From assembly GCA_044224875.1 (NCBI GenBank), contig JBGAJQ010000077.1, forward strand, positions 1 through 22,358: DNA of 22,358 nt. The letters are read 5' to 3'. Of the stretch, positions 9,645 to 18,875 are shown in pieces (the stretch's first letter is position 1; the number at the start of each line of letters is the position of its first letter). Made by a program: the position numbers and the translations under genes. This DNA is from Gemmatimonadaceae bacterium. GTDB taxonomy: Bacteria > Gemmatimonadota > Gemmatimonadetes > Gemmatimonadales > Gemmatimonadaceae. A model generated the notes under the pieces. That model was not told where the DNA came from. It saw only the letters and a list, made by a program, of their open reading frames with translations, and made no database searches.

Positions 9645-9682
9645 TGAAAGACGAGGGGGAGCGCGGCGGCGCGCTCCCCCTC
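9645..9682 (-). terminator. Hairpin between susD and the TSUP gene (terminator or attenuating stem)
   Basis: Perfect 13-bp stem GAGGGGGAGCGCG (9653-9665) / CGCGCTCCCCCTC (9670-9682), followed on the minus strand by a weak U-tract GTCTTTC. Confidence 0.6.
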
Positions 9683-9709
9683 TCATCTACAACCGAGTCG
9701 CCCAAGACG

Positions 9710-11098
9710 CTAGGCGTTACGGTCAATACATCCCTTGAAGTTCGGGTTGTTCTGCTCGTCGGTGATCACGGGAAGGTTCACGTCTGCCCCATAGGATGTG
9801 GTCTTGTAGTGCGTTCCCACGGGAAAGACGTTGTCCGCCGTACGACCATACTGACGGATCAATCGTCGCAGTTCGCCCAGACGCTGACCGCGGCTGAACG
9901 TCCAGAACGCCCTCTCACGGAACGTGAGGCTCACCCGCGCCTCCGTGGTACCAGGATCCGTCAGTAGCGCGAGAGCGGTCGCGCCGATCGTGACTGTACC
10001 AATACCCGTCACCCGATCCGTTCCCTGTCGCAGCCCATTGAGGATAGTGAGCCACGTGGTGGTGTTGCCGGCCTTGAGCGCGGCCTCGGCCTCGATCAAC
10101 CGCGCGTCGATGCCATTCACGACATCGATGGGAGTCAACCGATCATACAGGGCGGTCGTGCGAACGAATGTCCCGCCATCTTGACCGGGCGTCTTCGTGT
10201 CCACGACGGGCACGCGAGGATCCTTGGCGGAAAAGAACGGGATGGCGTTCTTGATCAGGAGGTTGCGGCTGTTGCCTTCCAGGCTGTCCGCCACGGTGTA
10301 TCGCTTGGCGGACGTGCCTTGGTTCCAGATGATGTTGTCGGTGGTCGTGAGCGAGAACGTCGACTGGTACTTGAACGACGTTGGTATGCCGGCGACCGCT
10401 GTCGCTGCCAGGTCGTACTTGGCATTGCCCATGAGCGCGCGCGCCTTGGCGACCTTGGCGGCGCGAGTCACCTGCACACTCTGCGCATCGGTGCCGGTTG
10501 CCGTCGTGATCGCCAGGTCAAACGATGCCGCCGCCGCATCGAAGACCTGGGCCACGGTCAACGGATTGCCGTACTTGATCACCGCTCCCGTACCATCGCT
10601 TAATGGTATGCCGTTGCAGAAGTCAGATGCCAACTGCAACTCGGCGTATCCGCGCGCAAAGTACATCTCGGCGATCAGGGCCGTCTTCGTCGGCTCGAAC
10701 TCCTTCAGGAGCGCGATCGCCTGGTCGGCGGCCGTCCGAACCTGGTACAAACGCCGCAGCTGGTTATTGACCGAGCTGTTGTTCGTTTGCACCGCCCGCC
10801 AGTCCGTTTCGTCGTTCTGGATGAACGTCGAGCTGGTACCCCATTCGTCGGCCAACAGACCGCCGAACATCCAGGTGCTCTCCATGCCAGCGGTGACGTT
10901 GCGCAATCGACCGAGGGCGCCATTGGCGACCGCAATCGCGCCCGGCGACGAACGTGTGTTGTCCGGTGAAATCAGGTCCGGGTCTTCCACCTGCAGGATA
11001 GAGTCCGAGTTACAGGCCACCACGAGGGCAGCGATCGAGGCGGTTGCGCCAAGTCTCGTCAGGCGCCCGCCGAAAGAAAATCCGAATGTCATATGCAT
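9710..11098 (-). CDS. SusD/RagB family outer-membrane lipoprotein
   Basis: Lipobox ALVVAC, GLLADE, ARGYAEL, RLIEAEA and ERAFWTFSRGQRLGELRR (SusD C-terminal ER..L..EG.R..DL.R-like). Lies directly downstream of SusC. Start may be 11092. Confidence 0.88.
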   Translation of the reverse strand: MHMTFGFSFGGRLTRLGATASIAALVVACNSDSILQVEDPDLISPDNTRSSPGAIAVANGALGRLRNVTAGMESTWMFGGLLADEWGTSSTFIQNDETDWRAVQTNNSSVNNQLRRLYQVRTAADQAIALLKEFEPTKTALIAEMYFARGYAELQLASDFCNGIPLSDGTGAVIKYGNPLTVAQVFDAAAASFDLAITTATGTDAQSVQVTRAAKVAKARALMGNAKYDLAATAVAGIPTSFKYQSTFSLTTTDNIIWNQGTSAKRYTVADSLEGNSRNLLIKNAIPFFSAKDPRVPVVDTKTPGQDGGTFVRTTALYDRLTPIDVVNGIDARLIEAEAALKAGNTTTWLTILNGLRQGTDRVTGIGTVTIGATALALLTDPGTTEARVSLTFRERAFWTFSRGQRLGELRRLIRQYGRTADNVFPVGTHYKTTSYGADVNLPVITDEQNNPNFKGCIDRNA

Positions 11099-11113
11099 TC
11101 TCGGTAGGCGTGA

Positions 11114-14100
11114 TCAGTAAACGATGTTGAAGCGAACGATGAAGTACGTCGGGGGTCCAAGGGTCTGGAACTCCGACGGGACGTCGGCGAGGCTGACGGT
11201 GGCCTGATAGTCCGACTCAGGATCCGTCCCGCGGTAGTCCGTCCAGAGCTTCAGGTTCCTCGCCGACGCCACCATATTCGCGCTCCGTGACTTGAAGATC
11301 AGGCGCGCCAGACGCTCGCTCATGGTGTACTGCGCCGACAACTCACGGAAGCGCACGTAGCCGCCCGGCTGGAAGTATCCAGCGTTCGTACGTGCCGGAT
11401 GCTCGAGTGCGGCAATGACCATCGCCTGGTCCTGGAATGACGCGTTCGGATCCATGCGGCCGCCACAGTTCGGGCGCGTGCAGCGGATACGCTCCGTGTT
11501 GTTATACCACAGGTGACCGCCGCGATAGTCAAAGAGCGTTTGCAGCCGCAACTTTCGGTTCAGCAGGTCAAATCCGGTCGTGAGTGTCGCGAGGTTTCTC
11601 GGCTGCGTGTAACCGAGGAACGTATCCACAGAGTCGACAAACACCTCGTTGAGGTTCGGGTCCGCCCAATACGTCAGCAGGCCGTCGCCGTTCTTGTCCT
11701 TCCAGCCGAGGATCTTGTTCTCCCAGAATCCGAAGAGCGGGTACCCTTCGACCACTCGCGTATTGGTGCCGATCTGGGGGGGCGTACCGCCGAGCGAAAT
11801 CAACTTGTTGGCGTTCGTGGAATACGACAGCGACATGTCAAGCGCGATGGCGCGCCGATCGACGAGCTGTGCCGAGCCAAGGAATTCCCACCCCTTGTTC
11901 TCAACGGCACCGAGGTTCCGACGGACGTTCGTGGCGGATCCCGCGGACGGAGCCACGATGGCCGAGATCAGGGCGTCCTTGGTGCGCTTGTTGTAGTAAG
12001 TGACGTCCAGACTCACGCGAGAGTTCAGCAACTTCGTTTCGAATCCCGTCTCGAACTCGGTGCTGCGCTCCGGCTTCAAGTTCGAGTTGCCGAGTGCGGA
12101 GATCTGCAGACCGGACAAGTCGGCGCCGGCGACGCTTTGCAGCGACGTCTGGTAGTAGCGCAGTGCGTCGTTAGGTCCCGGCTGGACGCCCGAGGCCCCG
12201 TAGGCTGCACGAACGCGCAGTGAGTTGAGCCAACGCACTTTCGGGAAGAAGTCCTCGTCCGAGAGGATCCACGAGAGACTTCCCTTCGGGTAGTAGACGC
12301 GTTGGAAATCCGTGCCGAAGGCGGAGTTCTGGTCCGTACGAACCGCGGCGGTGAGGAACAGCCGGTCGTTGATGGCCGCCGCTTCCTCGATGAAGACGCC
12401 GAGAGTCTTGATGATCGTCGTCTGCTCGAATGCCGTACGGGTGACAGCGCCGTTAGGCGTCTGCGCGCCGGGCGGCAACTCGATCCCGTTCGCCTGACCG
12501 TATTGGTTCAGCGAATTGATGTACTGGCCGCCGATCGTCGTCTTGAGGCTGACCCAGTTCAGCGGATTGTACGTCGCGGTGCTCCCCAGGTCGACCGTCG
12601 TGTTGCGAAGGTTCGCGCGCGTGTTCGACTTGAACCCGTTCCGGTACGTCGCGGTAATCGGCGGGCCCTCACCGTTGTAGAGGAAGTTGTCGTCGACGCG
12701 GTCAGCGAAGTCATTCCCGATGGTGAGGCGATTCTGCCACCAACTGGTGGGACGCCAGTTGGCGTTGCCGCTGATGATGAATCGGTCCACGCGTTGTTCG
12801 TTCTTCTCCTGCCAGGAATAGCCGGGGGTCCAGGCGCGATACCCATAGAGGGGCGTCCCCAAACCACCACCCACCAAGCGATCGGGCAGGCAGATCTTGC
12901 ACCCCGGTCCGCCAAAGACCTGCGATCCCAACCCAGCCGTGGCATTGGACTCGAGCGAGAAACGCTGGTCAAGATTCGTGAACCCAGAAGACAAGGAAAG
13001 ATCCAGCTTGGGATTCACGGTGCTGTTCAAGTTCATCCGGACGCTGTTCTTGCCCAGGGTGTTCGGCCGATCCGTCCATTCCCGGATCGGAATCTTCGCG
13101 GTGTTCATTCGTGCCCGCTCGAACTCCGGCAATTGCATCACGCCGGTCTCGTTCTCCGTCTCACCAGACAGGAAGTAGCGGATCGTCTCCGTGCCCCCCG
13201 ACAGCTGCAATCCGTACTGGCCGCGGTAGCCGCGCCCGACCGGCGTGAGGCCCGGTTGCGTAAAGATGTTGAGCTTGGCCACGCTGTCGATCGAACACTG
13301 GCCAATGCCGACGCGCTGGAGGTTGCAGAAATTGAACGGCGCCTCGGTGGTCTGTCCGGGTTGCTTGCCGAACAGCGTGTAGGCCGTCATGTAGTTGTTG
13401 CGGTCCTGCAGAAGCCCTTGTTCGCCGTAGATCGTCCAGCGCGCCTGACCCGCGCGCCCGCGCTTCGTGGAAATGACCACGACGCCGTTCGCGGCGGCCG
13501 TCCCATAGAGCGCGGCGGCCGAGGGTCCCTTGATGACCTCGATGTTCTCGATTTCGTCCGGGTTAATGTCGCCGATGCGGCTGGGAGTCGCGCCACCGGT
13601 GAACAGGTTGGTGTCGTCCTGATTACTCGTCATCCGCACGCCGTCGATGACGAAGATCGGCTGGTTGCTGAGACTGAGCGATGACTGGCCGCGGATGCGC
13701 ATGCGACTTCCAGAACCCGTCTGGTTGCCTTGTGTCACCGCCAAGCTCGTGGTACGCGCCGTCAGCAGGTCATCGACGTTTTTGATCGGCGTGGTCTCCA
13801 CAGCCTTCACGGCGTCGATCGCCGAAACCGCATTCCCAACCTCAACGCGCCGTGTCTCACCGGTGGCGGTCGTCACAACCGGCGCCAAACTTACCGCGAC
13901 CGGATCCAGGTTAAACTCGACGGTTGCTTGTTGGCCGGCCACGATCGTCACCGGCTTCTTCTGTTCCGCAAAACCCACGCGGAGTACGCGCACCGTGTGA
14001 TTTCCCGGCGGAACCGAGCGAATCACAAAGCGCCCTTCGAGGTTGGTCAGGCCTCCAAGCGTGGTGCCGACGACGAGGACCTGCGCCTGATCCACGGGAC

Positions 14101-14230
14101 GCGTCCCGCCTTCGGTGACACGAACGGCGACACTCCCGGATTGCGCGTGCGCGACAGCGGTGCTCACGGACATGGCGATGGCGACTCCAGCGAGTCGCAA
14201 CCGGCTCCGGATGAACAAGCCACGGTTCAT
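11114..14230 (-). CDS. SusC/RagA family TonB-dependent outer-membrane transporter
   Basis: Signal peptide, carboxypeptidase-regulatory-like N-domain, plug motifs RIRGQSSL, PIFVIDGV and DINPDEIENIEVIKGPSAAALYGTAAANGVVVISTKRG, GNSNLKPERSTEFETG, C-terminal aromatic residue. Start at ATG 14230 with AGGAG SD. Confidence 0.94.
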   Translation of the reverse strand: MNRGLFIRSRLRLAGVAIAMSVSTAVAHAQSGSVAVRVTEGGTRPVDQAQVLVVGTTLGGLTNLEGRFVIRSVPPGNHTVRVLRVGFAEQKKPVTIVAGQQATVEFNLDPVAVSLAPVVTTATGETRRVEVGNAVSAIDAVKAVETTPIKNVDDLLTARTTSLAVTQGNQTGSGSRMRIRGQSSLSLSNQPIFVIDGVRMTSNQDDTNLFTGGATPSRIGDINPDEIENIEVIKGPSAAALYGTAAANGVVVISTKRGRAGQARWTIYGEQGLLQDRNNYMTAYTLFGKQPGQTTEAPFNFCNLQRVGIGQCSIDSVAKLNIFTQPGLTPVGRGYRGQYGLQLSGGTETIRYFLSGETENETGVMQLPEFERARMNTAKIPIREWTDRPNTLGKNSVRMNLNSTVNPKLDLSLSSGFTNLDQRFSLESNATAGLGSQVFGGPGCKICLPDRLVGGGLGTPLYGYRAWTPGYSWQEKNEQRVDRFIISGNANWRPTSWWQNRLTIGNDFADRVDDNFLYNGEGPPITATYRNGFKSNTRANLRNTTVDLGSTATYNPLNWVSLKTTIGGQYINSLNQYGQANGIELPPGAQTPNGAVTRTAFEQTTIIKTLGVFIEEAAAINDRLFLTAAVRTDQNSAFGTDFQRVYYPKGSLSWILSDEDFFPKVRWLNSLRVRAAYGASGVQPGPNDALRYYQTSLQSVAGADLSGLQISALGNSNLKPERSTEFETGFETKLLNSRVSLDVTYYNKRTKDALISAIVAPSAGSATNVRRNLGAVENKGWEFLGSAQLVDRRAIALDMSLSYSTNANKLISLGGTPPQIGTNTRVVEGYPLFGFWENKILGWKDKNGDGLLTYWADPNLNEVFVDSVDTFLGYTQPRNLATLTTGFDLLNRKLRLQTLFDYRGGHLWYNNTERIRCTRPNCGGRMDPNASFQDQAMVIAALEHPARTNAGYFQPGGYVRFRELSAQYTMSERLARLIFKSRSANMVASARNLKLWTDYRGTDPESDYQATVSLADVPSEFQTLGPPTYFIVRFNIVY

Positions 14231-14389
14231 CTCGCATTCTCCTCTGCAGGGGGGACGGGGCAATGGCCGTGCACTCCCCACGAGAGGGCGCGCACGCCAC
14301 CTAGGAGATCGCTCAGGCTTGGCGCGCCCATTTCGCGTGGAGCGGCGGGAGGGGGAACGCGCGGGAATTGCGCCAAACCGGGCGCGTCC

Positions 14390-14418
14390 AGAATAGGCCG
14401 AGGGGCGCGAGGCGTCAA
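14390..14418 (-). promoter_or_regulatory. sigma70-like promoter for susC-susD
   Basis: Minus strand TTGACG (14418-14413), 17 bp spacer, TATTCT (14395-14390). Confidence 0.65.
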
Positions 14419-14688
14419 TAATCGGTGATGAACCAGCGTTTCGCCGTGAGGAGCCGTAATGCGCGTCCGATCCGCGGGCAGAACGCCTCGCCTAACACAT
14501 CCCGCGCGAGGAACGGCCCTCGCATCGCACGACGGCTATTCGAAGCTGAACGCATTCGCGGCGCGCATACCCCAGACGGGGCGTGACGCGCGCGGCCGAC
14601 GCGCGAAAAGGCTGCCTCAACGTGCGTGGAACCGCCGCGGCCACCAGACGCGTGGCCTTCCGGCGCTAAGCTCCAGACCAGGGTCAGG

Positions 14689-14711
14689 GACCGGCGAGTG
14701 TTCGGCCGGTC
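14689..14711 (-). terminator. Hairpin immediately after the hydrogenase operon
   Basis: GACCGGC-N9-GCCGGTC abutting the protease stop codon. No U-tract. Confidence 0.3.
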
Positions 14712-15224
14712 TCAGGAACTGGCGACGTCGACGACGGCCGCCTGCGCCGCACACTCGACACCCCAGGCCGTCAGGCGCGCCGCCGCTCGCGACGCCACGC
14801 TGCCTAACGCGGCTGCCACCGTCGGCGAAAGATCGCTGGAGAGTTCCACCCGTTCCGGCTGGACGCCCACGACGGCGACATGGGCCGGTAGGGTGCCGCG
14901 CCATTCGCACAAGGCCAGGACGTCGCGTAAGTCCACCTGGTGCGGAGAAAGCTTGGTCCGTTCGAGGAACGCGGGGATTTCGTGACCGCGCAGCTCGATC
15001 ACCGTGCCTGGATCCCTGCCAAGGTCGATCGCATCCAGAACCAGCAACCGTTCCGCGCCGTCAACCACGGGGAGCAACGAAAGTCCCCACGTTCCTCCGT
15101 CAACGAACTCCACACTCGGTGGCGTGACCCAGTCTTCCTGCAGACGCGCCATGGCACACAACCCAAAGCCATCGTCGCCCATCAAGGGATTCCCGAGTCC
15201 AAGCACCACCGTGCGACCGGACAT
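14712..15224 (-). CDS. hyaD: Hydrogenase maturation endopeptidase (HyaD/HybD/HupD family)
   Basis: VLGLGNPLMGDDGFG, VDGGT, VLDAI, SPHQ, VGVQP. Last gene of the hydrogenase operon. Confidence 0.93.
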   Translation of the reverse strand: MSGRTVVLGLGNPLMGDDGFGLCAMARLQEDWVTPPSVEFVDGGTWGLSLLPVVDGAERLLVLDAIDLGRDPGTVIELRGHEIPAFLERTKLSPHQVDLRDVLALCEWRGTLPAHVAVVGVQPERVELSSDLSPTVAAALGSVASRAAARLTAWGVECAAQAAVVDVASS

Positions 15225-15227
15225 CGT

Positions 15228-16004
15228 TCAGACCTCCGCGTCCTCGAAGTGCTCATCCGACGGCACGAACCGTCCACCGCTGACGATGGATGACAGCACG
15301 CCGGTCCGTTCCAGGTGATCGGCGCGGATGGTCAGGTACACATGCAGTGGAATGAAGATGACGAACGCCCACGTGACCACATGGTGTAGGAAGCGCGTGA
15401 TCTGCGCGCCGCCTAACACCGTATTCACCCATTGAAAGAGCCCGTAGATCATCCCCGTGGGCTCCGCCTGGCCATACAGCGCAAACCCCGTGGTCACCAT
15501 CACGACCGCGCATACATAGATGCCCGTGTACGACATCTGCTGCAACGGATTGTGGCCGAGGTAGCGAGGCGTGGTCTTGGTATCGATCATCAGGTAAAAG
15601 CGCGCCATCTTCACGAGGTTTCGCCAGTCGCGCGGACGGATCGGGAACAGCGCCGGCCAACGCTCGAACCGGTTGCCCATGAACAACCAGTACACTCGCA
15701 CGATCCCTGTCATCACCAGGACGGCCGCCGCGGTGAAATGCACAAACCGAAACCATCCCATCAGGAAGTGGCTCGCGGCTTCACCGGTCGACATGAAGTA
15801 CGGTTTGCCGATGTACAACCCTGTGACGACCAGGAATACCATGCAGAGCGCCGCAATCCAGTGCATGAGTCGAAGCGGCCGCTCCCACAGATACACCCAC
15901 TCATACTCTCCGCTCGGCGGAGGCACACGCCGAACGAAATCGAACGGTCCCCACTCCAGCGGTGGGTCGTGCTGGTGTGGGGTCGGTGGGAGGCTGGCGT
16001 TCAT
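15228..16004 (-). CDS. cybH: Ni/Fe-hydrogenase b-type cytochrome subunit
   Basis: VYLWERPLRLMHW, RFVHF, GHNPLQ and RFLHH...PLHVY heme-ligand His, four TM helices. ATGA overlap with the large subunit stop. Confidence 0.94.
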   Translation of the reverse strand: MNASLPPTPHQHDPPLEWGPFDFVRRVPPPSGEYEWVYLWERPLRLMHWIAALCMVFLVVTGLYIGKPYFMSTGEAASHFLMGWFRFVHFTAAAVLVMTGIVRVYWLFMGNRFERWPALFPIRPRDWRNLVKMARFYLMIDTKTTPRYLGHNPLQQMSYTGIYVCAVVMVTTGFALYGQAEPTGMIYGLFQWVNTVLGGAQITRFLHHVVTWAFVIFIPLHVYLTIRADHLERTGVLSSIVSGGRFVPSDEHFEDAEV

Positions 16005-17716
16005 AGGACTTTGACCTCGCTGACAGGATTCCCCTCAGCATCCAAGACGTGCACACCGCAGGCGATGCACGGATCAAACGAGTGCACCGTGCGCAGGATC
16101 TCGAGCGGACGTTGCGGGTCGGCCAACGGGTGATTGTCGGTCAACGACGCTTCATACGGCCCAAGCTCGCCCTTCGCATCGCGGGGACCAGCATTCCACG
16201 TGCTGGGAACCACACACTGGTACCGCGAGATCTTGCCTTGCTCGATCTGTACCCAGTGACCCAACGCGCCGCGCGGTGCATCGAGGTACCCATAACCCTG
16301 AGCGGTCGCCGGCCAGCTGGATGGCTCCCACTTGTCCTTGGTAAAGGTCTGCGTGTCGCCACTCTTGATCCGGGTAACCAGCTGGTCGTACCAGTGGTTC
16401 ATGCGACGCGCCAGAAGGACTGTTTCCATGCCACGAGCCGCGGTCCTGCCTAACGTTGAGAAGAGTGCGGCAGGTCCGACGCCCAGCTTGCCAAGGGTGT
16501 CGCCGACCATCGCCTTGACGTCGGGGTGACCGGCGGCATACGCCACTAGCATTCGCGCTAGCGGCCCGACCTCCATTGGCTTGCCCTCGTAGCGCGGCGA
16601 CTTCAGCCACGAGTACTTCGCTTCGTCCTGCAGGTACGTCCAAGGTGTCTTGGGTCCAGCGTACTTCGGCTTCGTCTCGCCCTCCCACGGGTGAAGCCCC
16701 TTGGCGTTTCCTTGCGCGTATTCGTACCAGGATGAGTAGATGAATTCCTCGACCTTCTTCTGATCGAACGGCACGACCTTGCTCAGGTCGCGGTTCATGA
16801 CGATTCCGCGCGGGAAGTAGAGCTTGTCGAGTTCGTTGATCCCGCCGTCGGGAAACTCGCCGACCGCCAGGTAGTTCTTGGCGCCGCCACCAATGGACGC
16901 CCAGTCTTTGTAGAAGCCAGCGATGGCGACCAGGTCGGGCCAATAGACCTGCTCCACGAAACGCTGGGCCCGCGTAATCATGTCGTGGATGTCGGTCAGC
17001 CGTTCGGCATTGATGGTCGCCGTGCTATCCAGGTTGATCGCCGACGCCATACCGCCCACGAGGAAGTTCGGATGCGGATTCTTGCCGCCGAACACCGCGT
17101 GCAGCCGAATCACGTCGCGTTGCCAGTCGAGCGCCTCCAGGTAGTGCGCCACGGCCAGCAAGTTCACCGCTGGCGGCAGCTTGTACGCCGGGTGCCCCCA
17201 GTATCCGTTGGTGAAGATCCCCAGTTGACCGCCAGCTACAAACTTCTTGAGGCGGGCCTGCACTTCGGCAAAGTAGGTCGCCGAGTTGTTCGGCCACGTC
17301 GAGACGCTCTGCGCGATCTTGGCCGTCTCGGCCGGGTTCGCACTGAGCGCCGACACCACGTCCACCCAATCGAGCGCGTGCAGGTGGTAGAAGTGGATGA
17401 CGTGATCGTGGATGAACTGCATCCCATGGATCAGGTTCCGGATAATATTCGCGTTAGGTGGAATGGTGATTCCTAACGCGTCTTCCACAGCCCGGCACGA
17501 CGCGACCGCGTGCACCGTGGTGCACACGCCGCAGATGCGTTGGGTGTAGGCCCAGGCATCGCGCGGGTCGCGCCCTTGCATGATGATCTCGATCCCTCGG
17601 AACTGCGTGGCGGTGGACCAGGCATTGGTGATCTTACCACCGTCCGTTTGCGCCTCGATGCGCAGATGCCCCTCGATGCGCGTGATCGGATCGACGACGA
17701 CGCGAGTGCTAGCCAT
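16001..17716 (-). CDS. Group 1 [NiFe]-hydrogenase large subunit
   Basis: DPITRIEGH, L1 motif QRICGVCTTVH, GKNPHPN, APRGALGHW, L2 motif SFDPCIACGVH followed by a 15-aa cleavable tail. AAGGAGG SD before ATG 17716. Confidence 0.97.
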   Translation of the reverse strand: MASTRVVVDPITRIEGHLRIEAQTDGGKITNAWSTATQFRGIEIIMQGRDPRDAWAYTQRICGVCTTVHAVASCRAVEDALGITIPPNANIIRNLIHGMQFIHDHVIHFYHLHALDWVDVVSALSANPAETAKIAQSVSTWPNNSATYFAEVQARLKKFVAGGQLGIFTNGYWGHPAYKLPPAVNLLAVAHYLEALDWQRDVIRLHAVFGGKNPHPNFLVGGMASAINLDSTATINAERLTDIHDMITRAQRFVEQVYWPDLVAIAGFYKDWASIGGGAKNYLAVGEFPDGGINELDKLYFPRGIVMNRDLSKVVPFDQKKVEEFIYSSWYEYAQGNAKGLHPWEGETKPKYAGPKTPWTYLQDEAKYSWLKSPRYEGKPMEVGPLARMLVAYAAGHPDVKAMVGDTLGKLGVGPAALFSTLGRTAARGMETVLLARRMNHWYDQLVTRIKSGDTQTFTKDKWEPSSWPATAQGYGYLDAPRGALGHWVQIEQGKISRYQCVVPSTWNAGPRDAKGELGPYEASLTDNHPLADPQRPLEILRTVHSFDPCIACGVHVLDAEGNPVSEVKVL

Positions 17717-18875
17717 TGCCACCCTCCTTTTCTGCTGGCTTCTGTCCGCCGGCGGCCGGAGCGGCGACGGCCGCCTCCTTGGCCTGGCGATGACGGATCT
17801 GGTAGATGCCCGTCGCGAGTGCGTGAGCAGCTACACCGGCGACCGCGCCCGCAGCGAGCGACGCGCCGATCAGGTCGACCTTTCGTTCAACTCCGATGCC
17901 CACGACGTCTGGCAGACGATCGTAGAATGGCGCCATCGTGTCCCAGAAATACGGCTCGGTGCAGCCGATACAGGGATGCCCAGCACCGATTGGCCAGCTC
18001 GTGCGCGTGTTCCATTGAAAGATCGGACATGGCGAGAACGTCGCTGGTCCTTTGCAGCCAACTCGATACAGGCACCACCCTTTGCGCGCCGCTTCATCGT
18101 CGAAGACCTCTACGTACTGGCCAGCGTCGAAGTGCGCGCGTCGCGGACACTGATCATGAATGCGCTTGCCGTATGCGAACGTGGGGCGCCCTTCCCCATC
18201 CACGGCCGGCAACCTGCCGAAGGTCAGGAAATGCACGATCGTCGCCGTCACCACATCTCCAATCGGAGGGCAACCCGCAATGTTCACAACGGGCTTGTCT
18301 GTGATGATCTTGTTGATGCCGACGGCACCCGTTGGATTGGGGCGCGCCGCCTGCACGCTGCCCCAGTGGGCGCAGGCACCCAGGCCAATGACGGCCGCTG
18401 CGTCCTTGGAGGCTTCGAGCAACACCTCCCGTGCGGGGCGTCCGCCAATCATCAGGTAGATCCCGTCCTCCGCCAACGGCACGGATCCCGTGACGATCAG
18501 GACATACTTCCCCTTGTTGGCCGCGATCGTGGACGCGAGGGCCTTCTCCGCCGCCTGACCGGCGCACGCCATCAAGGTGTGCTGGTAGTCAAGCGACACA
18601 AGGTCCAGCACGAGATCGCCGATCGTCGGTTCCGCCGTGCGTAGAACGCTCTCGACGCAGCCCGTGCATTCCTGCAGCTGGAGCCAGATGACTGATGGTC
18701 GTTTGATGGACTCCAGCGCCTGCGCCACCTTGGGGAGCATCGAGCTCGTTAGGCCCAGCACGGCGCACATGGAGCCGCAGAACTCGAGGAAGTCGCGTCG
18801 TGAGACGCCACGCTCACTCAGGTGCTGGCCGAGGGTCTCGTCTTCGACCCATGGGTGGGACGTCGGGTAGTACAT
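17709..18875 (-). CDS. Group 1 [NiFe]-hydrogenase small subunit, Tat-exported and membrane-anchored
   Basis: Tat signal SRRDFLEFC, ECTGC, GAC, GCPP, distal HDQC...WCLYRVGCKGP, medial CP...WPIGAGHPCIGC, C-terminal TM helix with His. GGAGG SD. Confidence 0.97.
   Translation of the reverse strand: MYYPTSHPWVEDETLGQHLSERGVSRRDFLEFCGSMCAVLGLTSSMLPKVAQALESIKRPSVIWLQLQECTGCVESVLRTAEPTIGDLVLDLVSLDYQHTLMACAGQAAEKALASTIAANKGKYVLIVTGSVPLAEDGIYLMIGGRPAREVLLEASKDAAAVIGLGACAHWGSVQAARPNPTGAVGINKIITDKPVVNIAGCPPIGDVVTATIVHFLTFGRLPAVDGEGRPTFAYGKRIHDQCPRRAHFDAGQYVEVFDDEAARKGWCLYRVGCKGPATFSPCPIFQWNTRTSWPIGAGHPCIGCTEPYFWDTMAPFYDRLPDVVGIGVERKVDLIGASLAAGAVAGVAAHALATGIYQIRHRQAKEAAVAAPAAGGQKPAEKEGGNG

Noticed and set aside
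12302..13684. Long antisense ORFs (460 aa here; also 10197-11120, 17580-18644, 3178-4092, 19150-20094)
   Set aside because: Shadow ORFs opposite well-supported genes, expected from GC-rich codon usage. No recognisable motifs.
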